Shown: positions 1 through 11,614, numbered from the stretch's first letter. The stretch is 35,887 bases of DNA from Octopus bimaculoides (GCF_001194135.2 NC_068982.1:120147529-120183415); one strand, 5' to 3'. The notes: generated by a model not told the origin, from the letters alone. Translations and numbers: made by a program.

Positions 1-1
1 G

Positions 2-268
2 GTTTGTCCATGTCCACATTGGCGCATTCGGGTAATCGAGTCGGTACCTGTCAGACAGTTGAAAGCGTCTGAGCAGGTCTTTGAGGCATTTGCATCCCCG
101 TCTATTCCTATCTCTGCCCACATAGTCTAGATGCGTGTCCAAGGTAGCATTCCAATCCCCCACTAAAAGTAAAGGACGAGACGTTCCTAGGAATACTTCT
201 AGACGTCGAAAGAAATCCGGCCTACCTGTTAAAGGTGGTGCGTATACTGATATGAGTCGAAAAGCACA
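2..268 (-). mobile_element. L1/Tx1-like non-LTR retrotransposon, APE endonuclease fragment (runs off left edge)
   Basis: Manual translation gives 89 stop-free codons: CAFRLISVYAPPLTGRPDFFRRLEVFLGTSRPLLLVGDWNATLD...LSDRYRLDYPNAPMWTWTN. VYAP, GDWN and D-x-Y-R...WTW are typical L1/Tx1 endonuclease motifs. No Met, so absent from the ORF track. Confidence 0.85.
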
Positions 269-270
269 CA

Positions 271-321
<51 letters not shown>
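271..321. repeat. (ATAG)n microsatellite
   Basis: Direct reading. Confidence 0.95.
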
Positions 322-323
<2 letters not shown>

Positions 324-546
324 AGAATGTGTGCGCCTGTGTTGTGTTCGGGTATGTATGAGTGTATATATATATATAATGTATGTGTGTGTGCGCGCGC
401 AGACACACACACACATACACACACATGCGCGCACACATACATACACATATATATACACACACGGATACAACTATCTGAAACTAACTCGCAATGAAGATTT
501 CGTCTTGCTCACCTATTCTCTTTTCCCCATCCCCTCTCCCTCCCCC

Positions 547-617
547 GTGTGTATATCTGTGTGTGTGCGTGTGTGTGTGTGTGTGTGAGAGTGAGTGTGT
601 GTGTGTGTGTGTGAGTG

Positions 618-662
<45 letters not shown>

Positions 663-1201
663 NNNNNNNNNNNNNNNNNNNNNNNNNNNNNNNNNNNNNN
701 NNNNNNNNNNNNNNNNNNNNNNNNNNNNNNNNNNNNNNNNNNNNNNNNNNNNNNNNNNNNNNNNNNNNNNNNNNNNNNNNNNNNNNNNNNNNNNNNNNNN
801 NNNNNNNNNNNNNNNNNNNNNNNNNNNNNNNNNNNNNNNNNNNNNNNNNNNNNNNNNNNNNNNNNNNNNNNNNNNNNNNNNNNNNNNNNNNNNNNNNNNN
901 NNNNNNNNNNNNNNNNNNNNNNNNNNNNNNNNNNNNNNNNNNNNNNNNNNNNNNNNNNNNNNNNNNNNNNNNNNNNNNNNNNNNNNNNNNNNNNNNNNNN
1001 NNNNNNNNNNNNNNNNNNNNNNNNNNNNNNNNNNNNNNNNNNNNNNNNNNNNNNNNNNNNNNNNNNNNNNNNNNNNNNNNNNNNNNNNNNNNNNNNNNNN
1101 NNNNNNNNNNNNNNNNNNNNNNNNNNNNNNNNNNNNNNNNNNNNNNNNNNNNNNNNNNNNNNNNNNNNNNNNNNNNNNNNNNNNNNNNNNNNNNNNNNNN
1201 N

Positions 1202-1239
<38 letters not shown>
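547..1239. repeat. (TG)n microsatellite spanning assembly gap 663-1201
   Basis: TG repeats flank both sides of the N run. Confidence 0.9.
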
Positions 1240-1240
<1 letters not shown>

Positions 1241-2476
1241 AGCCATTACAGAAGTAGATACATACCCCATAAAGCATTCTTCTGTGATAATTTTAATTTG
1301 AAAAGGTTTATATTCTTTATTATTTGACATTTTTATATTTCAGGTTCTATATGTGACTATTTAATCCTGCCATGTACAAAAGAAAACTTGGAACTGTCTG
1401 CATTTCAAAGAGGCCGTATTGTGGGTCAGTCTGAAGGTGGACGTAATTAGTGTAAAACTGCAGCAAACGTTGGGATCCTGCTTTCTACAGTTAATAGAGT
1501 GAGTGTGCAATTCACCAGAGAGGGGGAAGGAATCCACATCACCTCATCCAGGTTGACCAGGGCCCACTGCCAGGACCCTTCGCTTTGTTAAGAAAAGTGT
1601 GGAGGATAATTCTTGTTGCAAGGCCTCTGGCATAGCAGAACAAGTTGATGTCAGTCCCAGAACAACTGTCACGTACCTCCACTAACTTGGCAGAACAGCA
1701 AGAAAGAAACTACTCCTTCGATCAGCCAATATCAAAATGAGAAAAAGTTGGGCCAGTGAGCAGATGGAAAGGCCTTTTAGGACACTGTCATATTATCTGA
1801 TGAGTCCAGATTTGCTGTATTTTCTGACAGTGGTCGAGAGTGAGTCTGGAGTCTCTGTGATCAAGAATTTGTCGTGAAAAGATTGCAGCCAATAAGGAAA
1901 TATAACAGCTATTCTGTGATGGTCTGGGGATCAATTTGGAGTAATGGTCAATCAGAACTGGTGGAGTGTGTGGGAAGCGTAAATTTAGATAAATATGTGT
2001 CCATATTGCAGAAAGGACTCCTTCCCATCTTCTTCAGTAGTGAAATGATTAAAGAAGGCTCTTTATTTATGGAAGATGAGATCCCTGTCACAGCTAAAAA
2101 GACCCAAGATTGGTTGGAAGAGAATGGCATTAAAAATCTTCCATGACCAAGCCAGTCACCAGATATGAACCCTATTGAATATCTCTAGGGCATAATGGAC
2201 AGCAAACTTCATAGAAGGAACAAGAATGCATCTTCAACGTACAAATCTTTTGAGATTACTGCATGAAACTTGGCAAGAAATGCTTTAAGAGAATATTCGT
2301 CATCTGATCAGTAGCATGCGTAATAGAGTCCTTGCATTTCAAAATGCAAAGGGCATGTCTACTAAATAGTAGATATTCACATTATAATAATTAATAAATA
2401 ATTTTAATGTGTAATTCCAGATTTAAATAAATTTTAACGATTATAGGGGTGTCTATTTACTTTTCTTGTGTCTGTG
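1240..2476 (+). mobile_element. Tc1-like DNA transposon, degenerate (DD34E-type transposase pseudogene)
   Basis: N-terminal HTH-like ELSAFQRGRIVG...STVNRV; catalytic region VILSDESRF, VMVWG, LFMEDEIP, SPDMNPIE with stops and frameshifts. Imperfect TIRs (left AAGTAGATACATACCCC, right revcomp AAGTAAATAGACACCCC); TA at 1238-1239 and 2477-2478. Confidence 0.88.
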
Positions 2477-2886
2477 TATATGTGCGTGTATATATATATA
2501 TATATATATATATATTCTCAACCGATTTCGGGCGATTATGGCCTTTGTCAGTGCATGTGTATACGATTATGTGCTATATATATATAGGGCTCAAAAGTCC
2601 CTAAGAGATAAACAACAAAATTGTAATATTGTAATCAACATTCTTCGATGTCAATTGTTTTAAGTTAATTTAATTCAAGGTAAGGAAATTGCCTAGGGTT
2701 TATGTGTGTGCCTGTGTCGCACATATAGCTGCGCCTTTTGCTGAAGTATGTCGGTTTGGGCCTTACTTTGCTGCAGTGTGCCTTCTTGATCGTGAGTAAT
2801 TTAAATGTGAAAAGTACTTATACTTCAAAAAGAGGAGCCAGTCTGCATATGTGTATGTATCACTTGCAGGTGACTGTGTATATGTA

Positions 2887-3784
2887 CGACGTCTGATCAA
2901 TAAGTATCCGGACGAAGTTACCATAGTACCGAAGCTAAAGCACAGAGAGTGAAGCCGTTTGGCACAGATTGACCTTCAACTCTGTTCTTCATGCACACTA
3001 AGTTTTAATGTTCAAACTCACTTACGCTGTTTACAGCAGTGCTTGGAAGGAAACTATGTAGGGCGTAATTGTCACATTGACCATGACAAAGAAAGCTGTC
3101 ATGACGATACTTGGTCAGAGGCTTGCGCAATGTTGCAGAAAGTGTATGGAGAGGAGTGTACGAGCCGCACACAAGTGGACAAGTAGTGGTTCAGACATTT
3201 CTAAGATAGCCGAAAAAATGTCGATATTGAAGAACGTTCTGGGAGAACCGCAACGAGCAGAACTGAGAAAAATAGCGCAGATGTGCGTGCAGCTGCGAGG
3301 AGAAATCATCGAATCATCAGCCATAACTTATCAGAGAATGTGCAGATTAGTTACGGTTCAGTTCAGTCCATTATCACTAAAGATTTGGGTATGAAACACG
3401 TGTCTGCCAAGTCTGTGCCAAAACTGCTTCCAGCTGATTATAAAGGCACTCGGGTTTCAGTTGCACAAGATCTCCTTAACTGTGTGGAGAACGATGAAAA
3501 CTTTTTGAAAACTTTGCCTAAGCCTCTGAGCAGGTATCGCCATGTTTTTGGCAAAATATGATGCAGTTTCTTTGCTCAACTTTCAGCCAAGTTCAATGCG
3601 ATGATCACATGCTACACACATTCCTTCCAAACATTGCTGTAAACAGCAGAAGGGAAATAGAACGCTAAATTTTAGGGCGCCGGCACTGCAGAGTCCAAGG
3701 TCAATCTGTGTCAAGCGGCTTTACTTTGCGTGCTTTAGCTTCGTTACTATAGCGACAGTCCGGATACTTATTGATCAGATCACT
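2887..3784 (+). mobile_element. mariner-family non-autonomous deletion derivative
   Basis: Perfect 22-bp TIR core TCTGATCAATAAGTATCCGGAC at both ends; TA at 2885-2886 and 3785-3786. Transposase N-terminus (MLQKVYGEEC...RSGR...GMKHVSAKSVPKLL, the WVPxxL motif) present with stops; catalytic domain absent. Confidence 0.92.
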
Positions 3785-3835
<51 letters not shown>

Positions 3836-3836
3836 G

Positions 3837-3891
<55 letters not shown>
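3785..3891. repeat. (TAGA)n microsatellite
   Basis: Direct reading. Confidence 0.95.
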
Positions 3892-4260
3892 GCCCTTATA
3901 CATTTTTGCCCACGTGTAAGTAAATACATAGCTTAAGTCAATACAGGAACATCCACCATATATCGGTATCTGTTCGGACCGCCCCAAGCAATCCTCTGAA
4001 TAGTAATCCCAGTAAGCATACACACACACACGCACGCACACACACACACGCACACGCACGCACACACACACACACACACACACACAACAATTTGTAATTC
4101 ATGTTATTCTTGAACTGGGACGGCACAACTTGCAAATATGTATATGCATTAGACAGTGGTCATACCGGAACTCCTTTTCAAGGATTTCTTAACTGATTAT
4201 GTCGCCTCCAGCACTGGATTTATTTTCTAATGGTTACTTTATTGCCCACGAGCCATTTCT

Positions 4261-4340
4261 TAAACTCAGAATTTAAAGGGACGTAACCAAACCCCGCAAA
4301 GTATTTTATTCATTCCGTTACTGATTTGCTCATCCATCGC
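4261..4340 (-). mobile_element. Very degenerate 5' fragment of SINE family B
   Basis: Weak similarity (AACTCAGAA...AAAG...CCGC.AAG.ATTT...TCGCC) to the copies at 13453 and 32431. Confidence 0.3.
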
Positions 4341-4471
4341 CTAATTCACTTATGATAGACTATAGTGCTAGAACAAATGACAAATCTGAGATTGACAAAA
4401 TAAAGTTGATCGTTTATTATATTCGATAATTAAATTTAATGTTATTGATATATGTTATATAGCATTTACAT

Positions 4472-4834
4472 GTGGAGGCGCAATGGCCCAGTGGTTAAGG
4501 CATCAGACTCGTGGTCATAGGATCGCGGTTTCGATTCCCAGACCGGGCGTTGTGAGTGTTTATTGAGCGAAAACACCTAAATGCTCCACGAGGCTCCGGT
4601 AGGGGATGCTGGCGAACCCTGTTGTACTCCTTCACCACAACTTTCTGTTTCTGTTGTGCCTGTAATTCAAAGGGTCACACTGCGTCACGCTGAATATCCC
4701 CGAGAACTACGTTAAGGGTACACGTGTCTGTGGAGTGCTCAGCCACTTGCACGTTAATTTCACGAGCAGGCTGTACCGTTGATTGGATCAACTGGAACCC
4801 TCGACGTCGTAAGCGATGGAGTGCCAACAACAAC
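4472..4834 (+). mobile_element. tRNA-derived SINE, family A, full length
   Basis: A box TGGCCCAGTGG, B box GGTTTCGATTCC, (CAA)n tail, 13-bp TSD ATAGCATTTACAT (4459-4471 / 4835-4847); second copy at 25531. Confidence 0.92.
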
Positions 4835-5799
4835 ATAGCATTTACATATAGTCTTAAATAGACTTCTTAAAGTTCTGAATATACAACTTCTGAACGACTT
4901 GGATCCGCCTGCTATTTCTAACAGTTTGGGCGACCATATAGAAGCAATTTTGTTGGTTCATTGATTTTTTTAATTTTTTGAGTCACTGTGTGGTATGCAC
5001 TGTACTTCTATTGGTTCAATTCGTTTCTATTGCTAATATCCCTAAGCTGAAACTTTTATGGTTAATTTTTCTTCCTTTTTTTGTATTAAATGGGTATGGT
5101 TATAAATAACACATTTTGAAACATCTTATTCAGAAATAATATTTTGGATACTAAATTCAGATGTGAAGAAACATTGAAAAGCAACTTTGTGTTAAAGGAG
5201 AATTCTAAGTGCCAGAAAGAAAATGGCTTTTGCATACACATCACACGTATGTAAGAATTTAATTAGTATAATCAAACTTTAATTACAGTTAAAGTATATT
5301 TGGCTTCCATTGAAGAAACTTAGTACACATGCCTACATGTTTGTTGCAAGTACTTAAAGGTATTCTCTAAATATTTCATTTGGAAACCGAGATGGCTCTA
5401 GTTATTCTGTTTAGAACTGCACAAACTTAATTTCCGTAATTTTTGTTTTTCAGTGATATTTGACCTATTTGTTCCAAGAGAAAATTGTTTTAGTAATTAC
5501 AAATTAACTTCTTTTGGAGAATTTACCAACTTTACAAATGAGTTGTATTTCGTATCTTATATCATTGATTTTGGTTAAGGGATGAAATAAATTACAAATA
5601 CGAATTGTTTCCGAATGATTTATCTTCATGCCAGAGTTAAGTTTGTTCAAAATAAGATAGCCAAATAAGGACAAACAGTAAGCATAAATTTTACACTACA
5701 GAAATTAACGCAGTTAATTTTCAATTAAAATATTTGTAGAGTGACACCTGTAGGAAAAATGATAGCAAATATAAGAAAAAGACTTCAAGCGTGATAGAA

Positions 5800-6400
5800 A
5801 GGATAGGACGTGATACACAAAATGTGAGTGAAATCAATGACAGAGAGCAGGTTTGTACAAAGCTGGGTTGGATGTTTTTTTATAATGGACCAGAAGGCCA
5901 GGCAGCAGTTTAAAAGGTGTTCATTGCTTTTCTGTGGGCACTTTTGCAGGAATTGTAGCGATGACCTAACATGGTATTAACTCAGAAGACCAATCTGACT
6001 GTCGAGACGATAGGGTTGATACACAAAGGCAACCTAGACAGCAGACAGAGGTATTGTCTAGCATTTCTGTGTCCATTCGATAAACTGGCATGAAGTCGCT
6101 AAAATTACACTTAGAACTCTAGCCCACCGAATCTTGCCTGTTCGGCGTCACCTCTACTCCAGAGCACTCAGTTACCTCATCTCTCCTCCTCTCAATATGC
6201 CCACCATGTCCAACTCTTTAAGCCGCATATCAACCACGCACTCAGTTTTTTCTTCCCCGAAAGTCGAATTTATTAAATTCCTACACTGGAATTCCACTTG
6301 GAATTTTTCTATCGGAGTGCCTGCGAAAGACGCAGACACCAGCTCCTTCTTTCAGACCAAGCCAGTAAATAAAAAAAATGCCACCCAATTGATGAATGGG
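5800..6400 (-). mobile_element. Highly degenerate CR1/L2-group LINE RT C-terminal relic
   Basis: Broken frames give MVGILR...KIR, SSELIPC and HYKK...LCTNL, in the order expected for the CR1-group ORF2 C-terminus; many stops. Confidence 0.4.
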
Positions 6401-6729
6401 AGTTATTTCTGGATGTTGTAAGCGAGATTGTTTACTTAGAACTATGAAGAAAATGGATGGACGTATCTAAGGGGAACGTTTCATCTAATTCGTTTTGTTG
6501 TCTCAGAACAGATACAAATTCTCAAACATTTTCACGATATTTCGTAAAGGAACTTACTTTGTCTCCATGGTCGAGATAAATCTGATGCTCGATTCTTGGT
6601 CAGGCAAATGAAAACTTATTTGTTTTCATAATACTTTTCCTTCTACTTTTCATTGCTTTCTAACGGCTCCGCTTGCGCTTACACCCTTCTTTCAGAAGCA
6701 ATCTTTGTTGATGCCGGAAGAGAGATATG

Positions 6730-6900
6730 GTTGCTGTTTTAACCACAGACCAGGTGTGATTGAACAGGACTATGAACAAATGCATTCCAGATAGAATCAT
6801 CCTACCATTTGAGGAATATCATTGGGAGCATTATCTCATGAATCATTCTTTTAAGGTGGTATAGATATGAGGGAGTTTTGGCTGCTATTTCGAGCTGGAG
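6730..6900 (-). repeat. Interspersed repeat family C (SINE/LINE-tail-like), diverged
   Basis: Reverse complement aligns loosely by eye with 11615-11770. The GCTATTTCTAGC-like end motif recurs near 4909 and 7010. Confidence 0.45.
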
Positions 6901-7702
6901 ATCTCGTAAAAGTTCAAACGCATTGTGCACAAGCATTGGGGACCACAGTCAATTTAAATTTCACTTAGAATAACATCCATTTGATACAGATGTGCAGAGA
7001 GATTTTCCTCCTATTTCTAGCAAGCCAAGTAACCCCACAAAGGCTTCCTCGTTGGGGCACTCAGAGTTTTGTTTATATCATTGCTATGTGGTGAACGTTT
7101 TAAAGAAGCGAAGCCCGTGATGAGGCGAATCTGTGAGCCAGTTTCGCCACTTCAGATCATACATGTCAGTAATGTTCTCCGGGAAAGCATTATTATCATA
7201 AAATCTCATTCCATATATTTAATGGGAGATTCTACAGGAACTGCCTAAGCAGCCCTTTCATTGACACTTTAATTCTATAACTGAACTTAGTACATTGCTA
7301 ACAAATGAAGAGTCGGTCTAATTTCTATACGCTTGAATTACCCATTCGGCATCAATAAACATTAAGAAAATATATCAACAATCACAACAAAAATAAATTA
7401 ACAGTAATAATAATAACGAGAGTAATCTATAAAATATTACTTCTGGCGACTGTTTCCGAAATCCGTCCATTTCCAATAATTTCAGCCACGGTTGAATGAT
7501 CGTTATCATATTGGTATTAATTATTGCTTTTTCTCTGTGTGTTGAAATATATTTTGGGTATTGAGTGTGTGTGCATGCGAGTACTTATGTATCTGTGTGT
7601 GTTAAAGTGACAAAGAGGGAGACAGTGTTTATTTCTGTGTATATTTATATTCTGAAAAATATCTCTATAAGATCTAATATATCCTATCCACTATATACAC
7701 AA

Positions 7703-7876
7703 CGGGGAAGCGGTCTAGTCGATTACAGTGGTCCAGTGGTATGTAAGTTTTCGACTCCAATAGTGAGGAAAGGTGAAGTCAGCTTCGGCGGAATTTAAAT
7801 TCTGAGCATAAAGACTGACAGAAATGCCGTTAAACATTTTGACATCCGTGCTAACGATTCTGCCTGCTCACAGCCT
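7703..7876 (-). mobile_element. SINE family B, diverged copy
   Basis: GTCGATTACA...TCGAC...GAAAGG.GAAGTC...GGCGGAATTT...GCTAACGATTCTGCC matches the other family B copies. Confidence 0.75.
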
Positions 7877-8021
7877 TGTATAAGATGTGATATATATATA
7901 TAAATATAAGCATTTCTTACATATTACTGTGTCTATATGTATACACATGAGTGCATGCCTCTGTGTGCGTATGTGTGTGTGTGTGTATATAGATATATAG
8001 ATATATATATATATATATATA

Positions 8022-8078
<57 letters not shown>

Positions 8079-8276
8079 NNNNNNNNNNNNNNNNNNNNNN
8101 NNNNNNNNNNNNNNNNNNNNNNNNNNNNNNNNNNNNNNNNNNNNNNNNNNNNNNNNNNNNNNNNNNNNNNNNNNNNNNNNNNNNNNNNNNNNNNNNNNNN
8201 NNNNNNNNNNNNNNNNNNNNNNNNNNNNNNNNNNNNNNNNNNNNNNNNNNNNNNNNNNNNNNNNNNNNNNNNNNNN

Positions 8277-8333
<57 letters not shown>

Positions 8334-8444
8334 CGTGCGTGTGTGTGTCTATATGTATATGTATGTATGTATATGTATGTATGTATATGAATTTATGTGT
8401 ATGTATGAGTACGCGCGCGCGTGTGTGTATGTGGATGTATTTTA

Positions 8445-8624
8445 GACTTGGGCGTACACCTGGTAGTATGCCGATTAAAGGACGTTCACTGTCTGCGGCT
8501 ACCTGATATCACCAGCTTTCAAAATGTCATCTGATGCGACTCATCTGTACCGAAGGATGCGCTACAAGCAGTCGTCCAGAATGTCATCAGCAAAATGCAA
8601 GATGGATCGAAACGATCGTTGTGA
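8445..8624 (+). mobile_element. Possible Tc1/mariner-superfamily transposase C-terminal remnant
   Basis: LKDVHCLRLPDITSFQNVI*CDSSVPKDALQAVVQNVISKMQ resembles the LK..VY...P.TI.ELK..I......IP...L..VV.N...R tail of DD37D/Tc3-like transposases; one stop; followed by AATAAA. Confidence 0.35.
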
Positions 8625-8794
8625 TTAATAAAGAATCATGTGAATTCCATTTTCTCTTTCACTCATTTGTTCTATATGTGTGTGAGTATGTATGTGTGTG
8701 TATATACATGTATGTATGTATGTATGTATGTATGTATGCATGCATGTATGTATGTATGTATGTATGTATGTATGTATGTTTGTATTCATGTATG

Positions 8795-8843
<49 letters not shown>

Positions 8844-8847
<4 letters not shown>

Positions 8848-9389
8848 TATAGTAAGGACAGCTACGAGACGTAAAGCCACACGCTGGAAGCAGAAGCCAA
8901 AAAGTTCATTTTTACCTTATTTGGTTTTACATGCTGGCTACTTGACAAAATCTTATATAGATTTTATCCTTAAATTTAATTGATAAATATTAAACCGAAA
9001 TATATTCAATACTGAATTATTTGGGTTATACACACGTGGCTGAGATGAACAACATAGATTTTTTCATGGATATATTGGTGTGAACATTTGTATATGCTCT
9101 GTGGATACGTTGAGTTCGTATGGTATGTATAAACGTTTATATTTATATATTTCTGGTTATGTCATACTGATGAAAGAGGAATGTATTACCACACTAACTT
9201 TGAAATTGTTTCGATATATGATTGAACTTTTTCAAAAAAATAAATCTTTCTTTTTTTTTCCTTTCTTCATCCCTGAGATTTCAGGAGATTTGGCGTCTAT
9301 TTACAGCGTGGGGCTGTAACTGCCCTTACTATAATATTGTATTATAGTAAGTTACTTACTAGTAACTGCCCTTACTATAATATTGTATT
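8844..9389. mobile_element. Unclassified MITE-like element with duplicated right TIR
   Basis: 8844-8865 ATATTATAGTAAGGACAGCTAC matches the revcomp of GTAACTGCCCTTACTATAATAT (9316-9337 and 9362-9383) at 20/22; no ORF. Confidence 0.65.
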
Positions 9390-9589
9390 TATAAAATAAT
9401 ATACTTCGTGTTAATTTTCACTTTAATTGGCTTTACATTCTGGCTACTTGATAAAATTTTTATATAGATTTTATCCTTAAATTTAATTGATATATATATA
9501 TATATATATATAATAAATGAGTATATGCATATATACGTACATGTATGTACATACCTACATCTACCTGTATATATAGATGCATATCTGGG

Positions 9590-10095
9590 TACAGGACGTT
9601 GCAAACAAAACGTAGACAAAATGATAAACAGAGTACAGAGAACACACAGGCAACATAGAGAACATTTCCTTCATCAGCTGCCACCGTTCTAACACTGACG
9701 TTTCGAAGAGTTAGGGCAGGAGGCATCGTTAAAACGGCTCTTCCCATGGACCACACATTAAATTTGTACCATGGAGGAATGTAGTGGCAGACACAAAACA
9801 AGACAGGAAAACGAAACAGTGAAAATAAACAAAAAAGGCTATACGGCCAGATGTGAAAAAATATGTGTATATTGAACGCTGTAAAGCAACGAAGAATGTT
9901 CGTGTGCGTGCTTGGCGATAGCCAAAGTAAGAAAGGAAGTAGGGCTGGACACACGTGACCAGCGAGGGGTAAGGAGAAAGAGTGGTAGGGGGAGAAAAAA
10001 GGGGAGGAAGTAGAAAATAGGTGAGCAACGAGAGACAGGGAGGAAGAGAGTTATAGTAGTAAGAGAAGGAAGAACGAGAGGGGGAAAAGGATGCA
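9590..10095 (-). repeat. Putative retroelement terminal region (Penelope-type end?) with hammerhead-like motifs
   Basis: Non-coding with a pyrimidine-rich minus strand; contains CGAAACGTC and CTGATGA. Family assignment is inference. Confidence 0.35.
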
Positions 10096-10096
10096 T

Positions 10097-10177
10097 ACAG
10101 GGATGGCCATAAGTCACTTTACCCATTTCTTTGTTATTATTAGAAATGGATAAAGCGACTTATGGCGATCCCACCGT
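10097..10177 (-). ncRNA. Candidate pri-miRNA-like hairpin
   Basis: 25-bp arms (10106-10130 / 10142-10166), 11-nt loop, fully paired on the minus-strand RNA including 2 G:U, plus about 8 bp of lower stem. No expression evidence. Confidence 0.3.
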
Positions 10178-10183
10178 GTGTAT

Positions 10184-10260
<77 letters not shown>

Positions 10261-10489
10261 CGTGGGTGTGATTTGAGTGGTATTTAACTCTCTCATATGT
10301 AAGGAAGCCAAGAAAAGAAATAATTTTGTTCTTTCTCTCTTTCACTTCTACCACTTATTCTCGCCTATATTTACTTAGTAACTTATTCATTTGCCATCCT
10401 TTTGTCATTATTTCCACCAACCCACCTTCTCCTTACCGTTTTATCTGTTTTTCTTCTTTTATTTTCCTCTTGGAAACTTGGTTTACATC

Positions 10490-10780
10490 GTTTTTGTTGT
10501 TCTATTAAGACCCAGATCAGTTCTGCCCTTTCTCCTATATGCTGCGAAATCAGTGTTACATTATCTAACGTGTTCATTCCTACGACCCTGCGGGGTGAGT
10601 CAAGGGATATTTGTCTAACATTTCTAACAGTTCTACGACCGTGTAGACGTTCTTTCAGCATTGCATGTAGATTCTGGTGTTGCTTGTAGTAAAGGTAGGC
10701 AAGCTGGTATCAGTCATTGCATGACAGTTGATATTTCTTTATATCTTTATCTGGGATGAAGTCTACGTACAACAGGATTT
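10490..10780 (-). mobile_element. Degenerate RTE-like ORF C-terminus
   Basis: LKERLHGRRTVRNVRQISLDSPRRVVGMNTLDNVTLISQHIGERAELI resembles the RTE/BovB-type tail G..GKR..GR.R..WLD.......L...DR..WR; weak. Confidence 0.35.
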
Positions 10781-11614
10781 GCTATGGAAAAGTAGGTCAA
10801 GCATATAGGGATGGTCTAATTCATGAATGATTGTATTGTTTATACAATAGTGCCGTTGTTCCCTTCTGATGGCCAACTTTAATAAAGAGTTTTAAACATA
10901 TATTTATGCATCGATTTTCTACTTACAGCGGGGGAAAATAAAGATCAGATTTTGCTTCGATTGCGATACTAGTTATTCCAAACACTTAATCGTCAGTGAC
11001 GCGAAGAGTAATGTTGACGAATAAAATAATCAGTTTATTATTAACTCTACTTTGACTTAGTTAGTACTACTACAAAGCATTGACTGTAGACGTGAAGCAA
11101 TTATTTCATAGCTTCAATTTTGAGATCAACGAGGCGACTACATTAAATTCTCAATAAATTGAGTCCACGACCGATTTCCTGTCAGAATCGCTTCACTTGT
11201 GTAACTAATGCTCTTGAAAAAAAGATATGAACACCATAACATCGTTTTATTTCTTCCAGTTTAGATATTCTTATTGTTATTTATGTTATTATTTTTATCT
11301 TTTCTAATATATTTTCCTCTTCATGTAAATCGAAATATCAACTATTTCACATTTTTGATCGATTCATGGATAAACAAACAAGTAAGATATTTATTTTTGT
11401 TACATTGACAATTGATGTGTTTTACTTTCCCAAAAATAGAAGTAAACTTGTCAAAATTCAACAGAAATAAACATAGTGAGGATACAAATAGAGAACTACG
11501 TGTGGCATTCATTTCCTTTCACACACGTCTCTTTTTGGTTGATTTCACGGCACCACCTCGAGCCAACGAAGAATTCTCTTCGTTGTCATTTGACATGCAA
11601 TACGAACAATACGA

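Noticed and set aside
4472-4545. tRNA-like heads here and at 25531 and 31555 as tRNA genes
   Set aside because: They continue into SINE bodies with tails or TSDs and lack a complete cloverleaf.
5454-5576. Acceptor-like TTTTTTCAG followed by an open frame IFDLFVPRENC...
   Set aside because: Only a weak donor (GTTAAG), AT-rich composition and no motif.
7117-7170. GTGATGA (C-box-like) with a short GGCGAA/TTCGCC stem
   Set aside because: No D box (CTGA) or terminal stem, so it is not supportable as a snoRNA or hammerhead.
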